Shown here: positions 39,427-49,643 of the stretch, piece by piece
Position numbering within the stretch: the first letter of the stretch is position 1
Layout of the letters: each line of letters begins with the position of its first letter
Virus record (IMG/VR): IMGVR_UViG_3300042561_002102
Source of the DNA: a virus
Lineage: Duplodnaviria; Caudoviricetes
Strand: one strand, 5' to 3'
Length of the DNA stretch: 64,000 nucleotides
Notes under the pieces: generated by a model
Seen by the model: the letters and a program-made list of their open reading frames with translations, nothing else
Databases searched by the model: none
Told to the model about the DNA's origin: nothing
Position numbers and translations under genes: made by a program

Positions 39427-40965
39427 ATGATAATCACTAAACTTGAAAATTTTATTGGCGAATCTATTCTACAAGCTTCCAGTGAGTTGAAATCTTTACT
39501 TACTAATCTTGACGATCGGATATCGAAGGTATTACTGAGCCTAATTGGTAAAGATGTAAAAACAAATTATAATTTCTTAAACTTAAGTGACGAAGCTGGT
39601 AAATTTACTTTTACAAGTGATTCTCAAGCTAGTAGAAAACTCTCTAAAGGTGTAACTGAAGAAGAAATATTCTCTACTGGCAGTAAATCTTATGTAGGAA
39701 GAATAGTTCACTCAATACTAGAAGACAACGGTATTGAACATACTATGCAAGAAATCGAAATATTCACCAATAAATTCAAAGCAGCCGTAGAGTTGGGAAG
39801 ATTTCGTGATAGAATAAAAGTAGTTAGTGGTGATGATATAGCTTTTTGGTATTCAGAAAATAACTACAATGAGAGAACAAGAAAAGGTATGGGTCAACTT
39901 GGAAAATCTTGTATGAGAAGTAGCAGAATCTCGAAATTTTTCAAGATTTATACGATGAATCCAGATACGGTTAGAATGGTCATTATTTTAGATGATGCTG
40001 AAAAACTCTCAGCTAGAGCACTACTTTGGAACTATTCAGGTAAATTTTATCTAGATAGAATTTACTTTACAGAAGATTCAGAGCAAGAGTTGATGAAAAA
40101 ATGGCTTGAAAAATATTATTTACTAAGACCGTTAGATAAACTTTCTCTTTCGGATGATGTTGTTATTAAAAATACTGAAAACCCAGATGGAACATTTAAT
40201 AAGTATCCTTATATGGATACTTTTAAATTTTACAACCCAAAAAAGAAAACTCTTCGTGTTTTAGAACCATCAGACAAAAGTGGTTGGATTCAGATTTCAG
40301 ATACTGGTGGTGGATTTGAGTATTTAGATAGAATATGGTGTGAGAATGAACAGGAGTGGTATCCAGAAGACAAGTGTGTTTATTCACAATATGATGATAT
40401 TTACATACATAGAGATAACGCGGTTTATTCTAAGTATTACTCGGATTACCTATATCGACCAGATGCTGTTTTTTCCGAAACGCAAAATAGTTGGCTTAAA
40501 GAAGGAAACTCTATTACCTTTTACACAGATTTCAATCAAAATGGAAAGGACGTCGTTGATAGAGATGAAATTATGGGTATTTGTTTTCCTAAACTAATAG
40601 AAGTTAAAAAAACTTACAAGGTTGTGTGGTTTAGTGATAAACTTTTCGATTCTGGTGAAAATAGTAGAACGCTAGTTGAGGATTACTACGATCTCCTAGT
40701 AAAATATTTTCCTCCAGAAGATGTCGAAATAAAATCAGAAGGTGAAAATAGGTATACCTTAAGTTCTCGTGAATATCCAAACTTTCTGGTGGTCGAAAAA
40801 AGGATATTGCTTGCTAATTTTTCATATCCAACATTACAGAAATTTTTTTGGGAAAAATTCAAATTAGTTGTTGATTATCATCTTGAAAAATATTGGTTTG
40901 AACAGGGCCTTAAAAGATACTGGAAAGAGATAAAGGCTAAAAAAAATATTCAAGTAGAGTGGTAA
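39427..40965 (+). CDS. Hypothetical protein (paralog of 42699..44207)
   Basis: GQLGKSCMR, RALLW, YLDRIY, YPYMDTFKFYNP and WCE..E.YPEDKCVYS motifs. Confidence 0.7.
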   Translation: MIITKLENFIGESILQASSELKSLLTNLDDRISKVLLSLIGKDVKTNYNFLNLSDEAGKFTFTSDSQASRKLSKGVTEEEIFSTGSKSYVGRIVHSILEDNGIEHTMQEIEIFTNKFKAAVELGRFRDRIKVVSGDDIAFWYSENNYNERTRKGMGQLGKSCMRSSRISKFFKIYTMNPDTVRMVIILDDAEKLSARALLWNYSGKFYLDRIYFTEDSEQELMKKWLEKYYLLRPLDKLSLSDDVVIKNTENPDGTFNKYPYMDTFKFYNPKKKTLRVLEPSDKSGWIQISDTGGGFEYLDRIWCENEQEWYPEDKCVYSQYDDIYIHRDNAVYSKYYSDYLYRPDAVFSETQNSWLKEGNSITFYTDFNQNGKDVVDRDEIMGICFPKLIEVKKTYKVVWFSDKLFDSGENSRTLVEDYYDLLVKYFPPEDVEIKSEGENRYTLSSREYPNFLVVEKRILLANFSYPTLQKFFWEKFKLVVDYHLEKYWFEQGLKRYWKEIKAKKNIQVEW

Positions 40966-42686
40966 TCAAAGATTTCAGGCAGTTTCTTATCAGGGAAAAC
41001 TTAGATGCTGCTAGAAAGTTTTTAGATAAAACTATTTATAAAGAGGATGAACCTGCACAAAAATTGTTTCGTAAAACTTTTGACAGGATTATCAAAAGAT
41101 TAGGATCGAAAGTTGGATGGTCATTACTTTTTACCCGATTTTATTTTCAAGAAGGTATCGAATTGTCTAGACTTTTTAGAGATGAGAATACACCTGAAAT
41201 CGGAGCTCTTTACGATAGACTTTCAGGTATAAATCCGGGCGATCTACCTCGTCAATTGGATGAATATCCAAAGCTTGAAAATGGATTCGAAATACTTTCT
41301 GATGATATTAGAGATTTAGAAGAGAGGGCGAGTGTGAAAGATTTCATACAAAACTTACCAGGTCAATTTGTTGTAACAAATAAATATTCATCTAAACTTG
41401 GTCAAACTATACCTTCTATGAAAGAGGAGTTTAGAAGAATGTCGCCAGAAAAAAAAAGAGAAGTTATTCAACTTGCGATAGCTATTCGTCAATCAGGAGA
41501 GGCTAAATACAAAGCTTTCATACAAAAAGTTAAAAGATATGGATCCCTATCAGAACTTATAACAGCAGGTAAAAAATATTTACTTGCTCTAAATCTTGAA
41601 CAGGAAGAAAACTATCTAGAAAAGATAAGTTCACTTCCTGAGAAATTTGTAGAAGTTCTTTTCGATAGATTTTCTATCTATATTGTAAAAGTAGATAGTT
41701 TTTTTGTAAATCAAAGATTACACGGTATGACTTCACATTGTATAGCAAAAGATATTGGACACTGGAATACCTATTATCTACCTGAAAATACACAATACTA
41801 TATTACAAACTTTAATCTTGATTCGTCAGATCCTCTATCAGTTATAGGAGCGACGGTTTATCCCAATGGGAAATTCAAGACTATTCACTCTAAATTCGAT
41901 AAAAAGATGAGTACAGACGAACTTATTTCGTATCTTGATGGATTAGAAAAAGAATTTAGAATTGATATCGATTTACTAAAATTTCTAAAACCGATAACAT
42001 ATCCAGAAATATTAGTTCGAGAAAAAAGAAAAGAGGCAAATATAAAAATTAAAAAAACAGGACTTTCTTTAGTAGAGATCCAAAAATTACTAGAGGATGG
42101 AGCAGATCCAAATGGAACTTTTGGAGAACCTCTCAAAAATGCCATAAACGAAAATAACATAGAAAAAGTTGAATATCTTTTACAAAACGGAGCGGATCCC
42201 AATATCTTAGAAAGAGAACTATCTTTCGGAAATGTTTTTAGTATAAAATCAAAAGAGATTTTTTTCTTACTTATTCGTTATGGATTAAAGAACACATCTA
42301 CTAAAACTTTATTTAGAATATACGATGATTTTTCTAAAGAGGGTCTACAATATTTAGTTAGAGAACTAGGTATAGAATCTATAAATCGGTTTGATGCTCA
42401 TTTATTGAGAAAGTCGGTTGTTCGTAAAGAAGTAGATTCTGTTAGGTGGCTGCTCCAAAAAGGAGCTAATCCTACCGTTAGAGGTGGCGAGCCTATACAT
42501 CTAGCTATTGATGAATATAAAAAAATCGAGAAGATTTCACCTGAACAAGCTAAAAAAGTTCTAGATATTATTGGTTTATTATACAATAGTCTTGAGACGA
42601 GTGAAATAGGTAGAAAAATTATTCAGGGTGTTAGTAAAAGTCCAGATAGATTGGAGATATTGAATAAATCTAGAAAAAAATATTAA
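40959..42686 (+). CDS. Ankyrin-repeat protein with PcfJ-like central motif
   Basis: LLEDGADPN, EPLKNAINENNIEKVEYLLQNGADPN, VRWLLQKGANP..GGEPIHLAI ankyrin repeats; MTSHCIA resembles the PcfJ-like M.HC motif. Confidence 0.7.
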   Translation: MVIKDFRQFLIRENLDAARKFLDKTIYKEDEPAQKLFRKTFDRIIKRLGSKVGWSLLFTRFYFQEGIELSRLFRDENTPEIGALYDRLSGINPGDLPRQLDEYPKLENGFEILSDDIRDLEERASVKDFIQNLPGQFVVTNKYSSKLGQTIPSMKEEFRRMSPEKKREVIQLAIAIRQSGEAKYKAFIQKVKRYGSLSELITAGKKYLLALNLEQEENYLEKISSLPEKFVEVLFDRFSIYIVKVDSFFVNQRLHGMTSHCIAKDIGHWNTYYLPENTQYYITNFNLDSSDPLSVIGATVYPNGKFKTIHSKFDKKMSTDELISYLDGLEKEFRIDIDLLKFLKPITYPEILVREKRKEANIKIKKTGLSLVEIQKLLEDGADPNGTFGEPLKNAINENNIEKVEYLLQNGADPNILERELSFGNVFSIKSKEIFFLLIRYGLKNTSTKTLFRIYDDFSKEGLQYLVRELGIESINRFDAHLLRKSVVRKEVDSVRWLLQKGANPTVRGGEPIHLAIDEYKKIEKISPEQAKKVLDIIGLLYNSLETSEIGRKIIQGVSKSPDRLEILNKSRKKY

Positions 42687-42698
42687 TAAATAGATATT

Positions 42699-44207
42699 AT
42701 GAAGATAAAAGGTTGGCAAGATTTCATACTAGAAAGTGTTCTACATAGTTCTGATAAGTTTTTAGATTATCTTAGAAGGATTGACAATAAGATAGCTAGA
42801 GAATTGATAAATCTTCTAGGAAAGGATATTAAAACAAAGTATAACTTCTTGAATGTTGCAGATAGTGAGGGTGATATTTTTTTCTGGCCAGATTCTAAAG
42901 TTCAGAAAGATAGTTCAACACTTTCAACTAGACCCTCTAAAGGATCACTTGGAAGAGTTATAGGCGGAATACTTAGAGATAATCAGATTGAGTTTACCTC
43001 TAAAGAACTCGAAGATTTTGTAAGAAGATTCGGAGCTCTATGGCTAGCCGAAAACGTTGACCCCAATAGATATCAAATAGTTGAAGGTGATGATATTCGT
43101 AAATGGTATTTAGAATCTAACTACTCAGAAGAAACCAAATCAGGGGTGGGGACTTTGGGAAAATCTTGTATGAGATACAAACATTGTAGTAAGTTTTTGG
43201 ATATTTATGTTCTCAATCCAAAGGTAGTAAAGATGTTGATTCTTTTAGACCAGAAGGGTGAGCTAAGAATGAGAATGCTCGTTTGGGATTTAGATGATGA
43301 GTATTACTGCGATAGATGTTACTATACAAGAGAATCAGAACAAGGTGCAGCTATTCAATGGCTTGAAAAAAACCTAGACAAACCTCTTATAACCGATTTG
43401 GATTCAGAATATGAATACTACATAAAATTAGAAAAATCTACTCTATCTGGCGGTGAATTTACACATTACCCCTATATGGATAGTTTCAAGTATTATAATC
43501 CAAAAGAAATGGAGCTATCGACTGAAGAACCTGAAACTGAAAGAAAAGATTGGTATTTAATCAATCAAACGGATGGTGGCTGTGAACGACTAGGTATCGT
43601 CTATTGTGTTTATGAAGACGGAGAGTATCCCGAAGAGGATTGTGTTTGGAGTGAACCAACCGGCACTTGGCTCTTACGAACCAATGCCGTAGAATCCACT
43701 TACCACCAGGGATGGTTACACAAACCAGCTAGCGTGTGGTCTGAAAAACTCGGAAGTTGGATAGTGAAAGCTGTCTCAAAAGAAGCTTGGATTGATCTAA
43801 AAAAGACTAAAAAAAGTTGGTTACCTACTAATTTAACTTCTAGTTTTATAAGTGGTGGTCGTCTAGAGTATTGGGATTCAGACCTAAAAAAGCAAGATGA
43901 AAAACCAGAAAAGGTTATATTGGACTGGTTACTCGAAAAATATCCAGTAAGTGAGCTAAAAATAAGTAAGCGGGAAAAAGATCAACTTATGGATTCTCAA
44001 ATTTACTACAAAAACTTTCCCGTTCTTGAGTTCATTTCTAAGATTGGTATAGTTGGTGGTACTGTTTTTTCAGATGAAATTACGAGAGAAATTATCCAAA
44101 CTTTTTTCTCTGGTGAAGAAGATAGTTCTAATTATGAGATGGGTCAAATAATGCACAGTGCTAGATTTAATTATACAAAGATGATCCAAAAACACTTTGA
44201 AAAATAA
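42699..44207 (+). CDS. Hypothetical protein (paralog of 39427..40965)
   Basis: GTLGKSCMR, RMLVW, YCDRCY, YPYMDSFKYYNP, YCVYEDGEYPEEDCVWS. Confidence 0.7.
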   Translation: MKIKGWQDFILESVLHSSDKFLDYLRRIDNKIARELINLLGKDIKTKYNFLNVADSEGDIFFWPDSKVQKDSSTLSTRPSKGSLGRVIGGILRDNQIEFTSKELEDFVRRFGALWLAENVDPNRYQIVEGDDIRKWYLESNYSEETKSGVGTLGKSCMRYKHCSKFLDIYVLNPKVVKMLILLDQKGELRMRMLVWDLDDEYYCDRCYYTRESEQGAAIQWLEKNLDKPLITDLDSEYEYYIKLEKSTLSGGEFTHYPYMDSFKYYNPKEMELSTEEPETERKDWYLINQTDGGCERLGIVYCVYEDGEYPEEDCVWSEPTGTWLLRTNAVESTYHQGWLHKPASVWSEKLGSWIVKAVSKEAWIDLKKTKKSWLPTNLTSSFISGGRLEYWDSDLKKQDEKPEKVILDWLLEKYPVSELKISKREKDQLMDSQIYYKNFPVLEFISKIGIVGGTVFSDEITREIIQTFFSGEEDSSNYEMGQIMHSARFNYTKMIQKHFEK

Positions 44208-44217
44208 AACTAAGCTG

Positions 44218-45822
44218 TTATACAGATTTACTTACAAGTAATTTTTCTTTAACAAAATATAAATAATCTATTTGTGTGTTTAAGAAACAATCTATGGCGT
44301 GCTTTGGTGTTTCTACAATTGGTTCTTGGTTATTGAAAGAAGTGTTTAAAATCATCGGAACTCCTGTTTTTTCAAAAAACATCCTTATAAGATCATAGTA
44401 ATATCCATTATCTTGTGAAGTTACTGTTTGAAGACGCGCAGTATTGTCGTTATGTAAAATAGCAGGTACAAATTGTCTTTTTTCTTCTCTCACAGGAACT
44501 GCAAAGCTCATGTAGGGACTGTCTATATCAAATTCAAACCAATTTGGCACCTCTTCTCTCAATACCGAGGGAGCGAATGGTCGGTAACTTTTCCTGTGTT
44601 TAACTTTTAAATTGATAAGATCTTTCATATATGCAAATCTTGGATCTGCTATAATACTTCGATTACCAAGAGCTCTTTTTCCTGATTCACTGCCTTCGTT
44701 GAATAGAGAAATTATTTTTGAACCTGTCAATAAATCTACTATCTTATCAACATCTATATTCTGAGTAATAGTTAGATTTTCATAGTTTGTAAGAGTATCT
44801 AAGACTTGTGATGAAGTATAAGTTTTTCCCAAATAAGAGGTATGATGCTCTTGAACTCTTGGATTATCTAAAATATGATACCAAGTATATTTAGCAGCTC
44901 CTATTGATAGTCCACTATCATTTGGTGCCTGATCACAAAATACGTTATATCCCTTTTCGATTAATATTTTAGATATTTTACCAAGTGCTACACAATTTAG
45001 AGAAACACCACCAGAAAAACAAATATTTTTAATTTGTTTGGTGTCCGGCGTAGTGTCTAGATGGGAAAATACAAAATGTATCATCAACTCTTCTGTTGTG
45101 TATTGTAGAGCGGCTGCTATATGAAATCTATTCTCGTCTGATTTTTGGATCTCTTCTCTAAAAAAAGTTATGAGTTCGGTATATTTCATATTGGAAGATT
45201 CTTGCCAAGCCCAAAGATTTTCAAATCTTAGTTCATTTATTTTAGATAAATATTTTGAATGATCACCAAATGATGCCATAGCCATTAATGTTCCTGATTC
45301 ATCCCCTTTGGGCGAACAGGCAAATCCCATATCTAATACAGATTGTAGAAAGAATGTCCATATAGATCCTATATTGAAAGTATGTCCACGATATACTGGA
45401 TATATTTTATTTTCATTTCCAAGAAAAACACAATTTGTGGCGAGATACCAATCGTTTTCAAAGCCGCCACCATCAAATGTGAATATTATAGATTTTTCGA
45501 AGTTAGAGTTATAAAAAACAGATGATGCGTGACAAGTATGATGTCCTACATAATCAATTTTTTTTCCTGTCTCGGTGAATATTTCTTCACCTATATCTGT
45601 GTGCCAACCCCATACACTAACAAACTGATCAAAATCTTCTATCTTGAAATCCTTAAAGATCAAATTCTTGATTGTATCTGAAAAGGGTGGTTTATTGTTA
45701 AAAAGGCCATCGTGTTTTATCCTAGTAAATCTTTCTAGTTCATTATGTAGAACTATTTTACCATTTTCTATTACACAATAAGATGCGTCATGTGGGGTAG
45801 AGGCATAAGATAATATTCTCAT
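44218..45822 (-). CDS. Carbamoyltransferase, NodU/CmcH/TobZ family
   Basis: PHDASYC, HHTCHASS, TFDGGG, SGGVSLNCV, PNDSGLSIGAA, RALGNRSIIADP, RPFAPSV, LNTSFN. Confidence 0.93.
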   Translation of the reverse strand: MRILSYASTPHDASYCVIENGKIVLHNELERFTRIKHDGLFNNKPPFSDTIKNLIFKDFKIEDFDQFVSVWGWHTDIGEEIFTETGKKIDYVGHHTCHASSVFYNSNFEKSIIFTFDGGGFENDWYLATNCVFLGNENKIYPVYRGHTFNIGSIWTFFLQSVLDMGFACSPKGDESGTLMAMASFGDHSKYLSKINELRFENLWAWQESSNMKYTELITFFREEIQKSDENRFHIAAALQYTTEELMIHFVFSHLDTTPDTKQIKNICFSGGVSLNCVALGKISKILIEKGYNVFCDQAPNDSGLSIGAAKYTWYHILDNPRVQEHHTSYLGKTYTSSQVLDTLTNYENLTITQNIDVDKIVDLLTGSKIISLFNEGSESGKRALGNRSIIADPRFAYMKDLINLKVKHRKSYRPFAPSVLREEVPNWFEFDIDSPYMSFAVPVREEKRQFVPAILHNDNTARLQTVTSQDNGYYYDLIRMFFEKTGVPMILNTSFNNQEPIVETPKHAIDCFLNTQIDYLYFVKEKLLVSKSV

Positions 45823-45888
45823 TCAATATTATATATCCTATATTGTAGTTGTTTAACAACCAAATGAAATATTTTAATAAAATGAGTT

Positions 45889-46449
45889 ATGAATACACCA
45901 TTTTCAAATATTACTTTTCCGTCTAGGAAATCTATCTTAGAAAACAACAAAACACCAAATCTTGACTCTAGTGGATATGTCCAGAAGCTAGTTGAAGACG
46001 CACAAAAAATAGATCTTGATAAAGTTGATTTTTCCAACGAGGGAAATTTCAAACCTCGTTCTAAAATTGTAGAGAAACAAAAAGAATATTTTTGGGTAAG
46101 AATTTATCTAGAACACGAAGTTAATCTTAAACAAGAAGATAAAATCATTATTAAAGATTTACTCTACGATGAAGAGCTTGAAGTAGAGTTTATGTTCTGG
46201 GGAAAAAAGTATAAAAAAGGTTCAGATGGAAGAGAACTTACCGAGTTTGATCCAGAAGACGATAAGAAATGCGCAGTTTTAATGATTGATTCTATACGTA
46301 TCAATACTAAATCTGATGATATTCCCTATATAAGAACTCTCTTTCCCTTAAGTAGATGGTTTAGACCCAATTATATTAAAAGAGAAGATCTTCAGTTTAT
46401 ACCAAAGAAAACTGGTGTTCCGATTGAGTATTATTCAGTAGATTTTTAA
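45889..46449 (+). CDS. Hypothetical protein
   Basis: 186-aa ORF divergent from the carbamoyltransferase, directly upstream of the polymerase. Confidence 0.6.
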   Translation: MNTPFSNITFPSRKSILENNKTPNLDSSGYVQKLVEDAQKIDLDKVDFSNEGNFKPRSKIVEKQKEYFWVRIYLEHEVNLKQEDKIIIKDLLYDEELEVEFMFWGKKYKKGSDGRELTEFDPEDDKKCAVLMIDSIRINTKSDDIPYIRTLFPLSRWFRPNYIKREDLQFIPKKTGVPIEYYSVDF

Positions 46450-46484
46450 GTGAAACTAAATAGTGTTTTTTTCTATAAATCTCT

Positions 46485-47981
46485 ATGTTAGTCGATGCTG
46501 TTTATATTTCACCAAAAAAGAAACTACTGGTTTCATACGTAGATAAAACCGGTAATATCAAATTTAAAAACTATAACTGGACCAATCCAAAAAGATATAT
46601 TACATGTGATAGTGGAGATCCAGATAAACATCCAAAATACAAATCTTGGGATGGTAAGTGTGCTAAGTTAGTAGATACCGATAATCCTGATAGATACGCT
46701 ATTTACGAGTATCTAGATGCTCTTCCCGAAGCTGAAAGAGATATTCTTTTTGAGTATAATCTACCTAAAATTTACTTCATTGATATCGAAACCGAGATCG
46801 TAGATGGTTTTCCAACAGCCGAAGATACACCTACACAAGTTCTCTCAATTTCTATTGTTTATGACGATAAAATTATATTACTTGGTCTAAAAGATCTCTC
46901 GATTGAATCTCAAGAAAAAATCATTTCAGATACCAACGAATATTTCAAAGATTTCAAAGCAGATTATAAACTTAAATACTTGAAATACGACGATGAGTTC
47001 GATCTATTGAACTCTTTTTTCAACAAGATGGTTCCACAAATGCCCCTTCTAACGGGTTGGAACTTCCTTGATTACGACTGGAAATATCTAGTTAATCGTT
47101 CTAGAAAACTTAAAAAGATTATTAACGGTGTTGAATATACAATCGATCCGAATGTATCGTCACCAACCAAAAGAATGAGTAAAATCTGGATGAAAGAGAT
47201 TGATATTCCCCAACATCGTATGGTGTTTGACTATATGCAACTCTACGAGATTTGTGATACTTCAATCAAAGTTAAAGAATCATCTTCTTTGGATTTTGTA
47301 GCTAATAAACTGACTGGAACTCAGAAGATTAAATATTCAGGTTCGTTACAAAAACTTTATGAAGATGACTTTGAGCTATTCATGTATTACAACGCAGTTG
47401 ACTCGGTGCTAGTTCAAAAGATACACGATGTCAAAAATTACATCTCTATTATTTTCGCTATATCGTGCCTTGCTAAAATAAAGATTGTTGATGTTATTTC
47501 TCAAATGAATAACTCTCTAGCTTCTCTTGCTATTACTGAAGGTGTGTTGAGATGTAGATTCAGAGAAGAAGAGAATATGGTATTATTCAAAGAAGAGAAA
47601 AAAGGAGCCGACGCAGAAGGATTGAGTGGTGGTTGGGTTAAAGATCCGGTTGTAGGTATGAATAAGTGGTGTGCTATTTATGATTTTGCATCACTTTATC
47701 CTACGACCCAGCGTCAGTTCTACATAGCTCCTGAGACTTGTCTTGGTAAAAAAGATAAAGCTCGGCCTACACACACCGAGAGTGGTATTGAGATCCAAAG
47801 TGACAAACATGTACTATGCGTGAATGATGTTATTTTTGAGAAAAGAGATTCACCAACACTAAGAATGCTGAAAGATGTTTATTCTGATAGAAAAAAGAAT
47901 AAAAAGATAATGCTTCAAAGAAAAGAAGAGCTTAAAGAAGTTCAAGAAAAAATAAAAAAATTAGAAGCTAGTCTTCTGTAA
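46485..47981 (+). CDS. Family B DNA polymerase, N-terminal subunit (exonuclease + motif A) of a split enzyme
   Basis: ExoI DIETE, ExoII GWNFLDYDW, ExoIII YNAVD and motif A YDFASLYP are present; the ORF ends in the first fingers helix with no KxxxNSxYG or YGDTDS. Confidence 0.88.
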   Translation: MLVDAVYISPKKKLLVSYVDKTGNIKFKNYNWTNPKRYITCDSGDPDKHPKYKSWDGKCAKLVDTDNPDRYAIYEYLDALPEAERDILFEYNLPKIYFIDIETEIVDGFPTAEDTPTQVLSISIVYDDKIILLGLKDLSIESQEKIISDTNEYFKDFKADYKLKYLKYDDEFDLLNSFFNKMVPQMPLLTGWNFLDYDWKYLVNRSRKLKKIINGVEYTIDPNVSSPTKRMSKIWMKEIDIPQHRMVFDYMQLYEICDTSIKVKESSSLDFVANKLTGTQKIKYSGSLQKLYEDDFELFMYYNAVDSVLVQKIHDVKNYISIIFAISCLAKIKIVDVISQMNNSLASLAITEGVLRCRFREEENMVLFKEEKKGADAEGLSGGWVKDPVVGMNKWCAIYDFASLYPTTQRQFYIAPETCLGKKDKARPTHTESGIEIQSDKHVLCVNDVIFEKRDSPTLRMLKDVYSDRKKNKKIMLQRKEELKEVQEKIKKLEASLL

Positions 47982-47990
47982 AAACCAAAA

Positions 47991-49643
47991 ATGTCACTAT
48001 ACAAAGATGTAAATAGATTCAAACCAAGGCAAGAGCAAGTAGATTGCCTTGAGCATATGAAAGTTGTTTTAGATGAAAATCCAAAAACAAAGTTTTTTCT
48101 ACTGAACCTTCCGGTCGGAACTGGTAAATCACATCTAGCGATGATGTTTTCAGATTACTATACCAGAAAGATAAATAAAACTGCGAAAATCGATATCGTA
48201 ACAGCTTCGAAAATCCTACAAGATCAATACGAGGATGAGTATGTAAGTATTTGTAATCTCAAAGGTAAAGAAAACTATAACTGTCAGCAGTATAGCTGCT
48301 CGTGTATGCAGGGTAAAGAGTTTGGAAAACTTAATAAATCTCCCTGTGATATGTGCCCCTATGACGAAGCTAGAAACGGTTGGATTGGTGGTAAAATTTC
48401 TCTTACTAACTTCTACCTCTATCTTATTTATACAATTTATAATGAAAAACTACTCGATCTGAGAAGTCCAAATGTTTTAATCGTAGATGAAGCTCATGAA
48501 CTTGATTCGGTGATATCTGATTTTATTTCTATTAAAATTACAGAAAACACAATCAAAAAGTTGAAGTTTCCAGATGAAAGAGGTATTATCAATAAACTCA
48601 AACGTGTTACGAATATCGCCACCTACATTAACTTTCTAAAAGAGTTTGTTATTGATATTTCAGAGAATATAGCTGAGCTTCAAAAAACGATGGGTGAATC
48701 ACCAAGAAGTGCGAAAGCCGACAGACGTGAAAATAGAATAGGAAAAATCACTGGTAGTAAAAACCCTGATATGAAGCTCATGAATATCTTGAATGATCTG
48801 ACAAGCTATATCACCAAGATTGAACTTTTTCTAAAAGAATGGGAAGCCACACCAGACAATTGGGTATTAGAAACTAACTGGAACGAAAAGACACGTCAAA
48901 AAGAACTCTCACTTGAACCTATCTGGTCACAAGAATACTTGAATAAATATCTTTGGTCTAAGTATGATCTAGTTATTTTAATGTCTGGAACTATTATTGA
49001 TAAGGAACTTTTTTGTGATATCAATGGTATCAATCCAAAAGAGGCTATTTATTACTCTATACCTTCCCCTTTTGATGCTCAGAATAGAAAGATTTTCTAT
49101 TTACCGATGGGGAAAATGTCTTGGGAGAAAAAAGAAGAAACTTTCAAGAACTATGTCGAGGTCTTACCGAAAATCTTGAAAAAATATTCCGGTAAAAAAG
49201 GTATTATCCATACGAACTCGTTTGAGCTTTCTGGTTGGATAAAAGAGGCGGTATCGGATGATAGACTACTTTTTCATGATAGTGATAATAAAAATGAAAT
49301 TTTACAACATCACTACCAAACCGACAAGCCTTCGGTGATTGTTTCACCATCGATGTCCACAGGTGTTTCTTTTGATCATGATAGAGCTAGATTTCAGGTG
49401 ATTGCTAAGATTCCCTACCCAAGTCTTGGTTCTCAGAAAAATAAAATGAGAAAGCAGCAAAATCCAAACTATTACGCCTGGAAAACTTGCTGTGGTATTA
49501 TACAAATGTGTGGAAGAGCTGTTCGTTCACATACAGACTTCGCTGATACGATTATTATTGATTCGTCTTTTGGTGATGTTTTGAGGTATTCATCTAAGTA
49601 TTTACCTCAATGGTTTTTGAGTTCAGTTCAGAGTAAAGGTTAG
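47991..49643 (+). CDS. DinG/Rad3(XPD)-like SF2 helicase
   Basis: Q motif KPRQEQ, NLPVGTGKS, Cys cluster (CQQYSCSC...CDMCPY), DEAH, MSGT, QMCGRAVR. Confidence 0.88.
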   Translation: MSLYKDVNRFKPRQEQVDCLEHMKVVLDENPKTKFFLLNLPVGTGKSHLAMMFSDYYTRKINKTAKIDIVTASKILQDQYEDEYVSICNLKGKENYNCQQYSCSCMQGKEFGKLNKSPCDMCPYDEARNGWIGGKISLTNFYLYLIYTIYNEKLLDLRSPNVLIVDEAHELDSVISDFISIKITENTIKKLKFPDERGIINKLKRVTNIATYINFLKEFVIDISENIAELQKTMGESPRSAKADRRENRIGKITGSKNPDMKLMNILNDLTSYITKIELFLKEWEATPDNWVLETNWNEKTRQKELSLEPIWSQEYLNKYLWSKYDLVILMSGTIIDKELFCDINGINPKEAIYYSIPSPFDAQNRKIFYLPMGKMSWEKKEETFKNYVEVLPKILKKYSGKKGIIHTNSFELSGWIKEAVSDDRLLFHDSDNKNEILQHHYQTDKPSVIVSPSMSTGVSFDHDRARFQVIAKIPYPSLGSQKNKMRKQQNPNYYAWKTCCGIIQMCGRAVRSHTDFADTIIIDSSFGDVLRYSSKYLPQWFLSSVQSKG

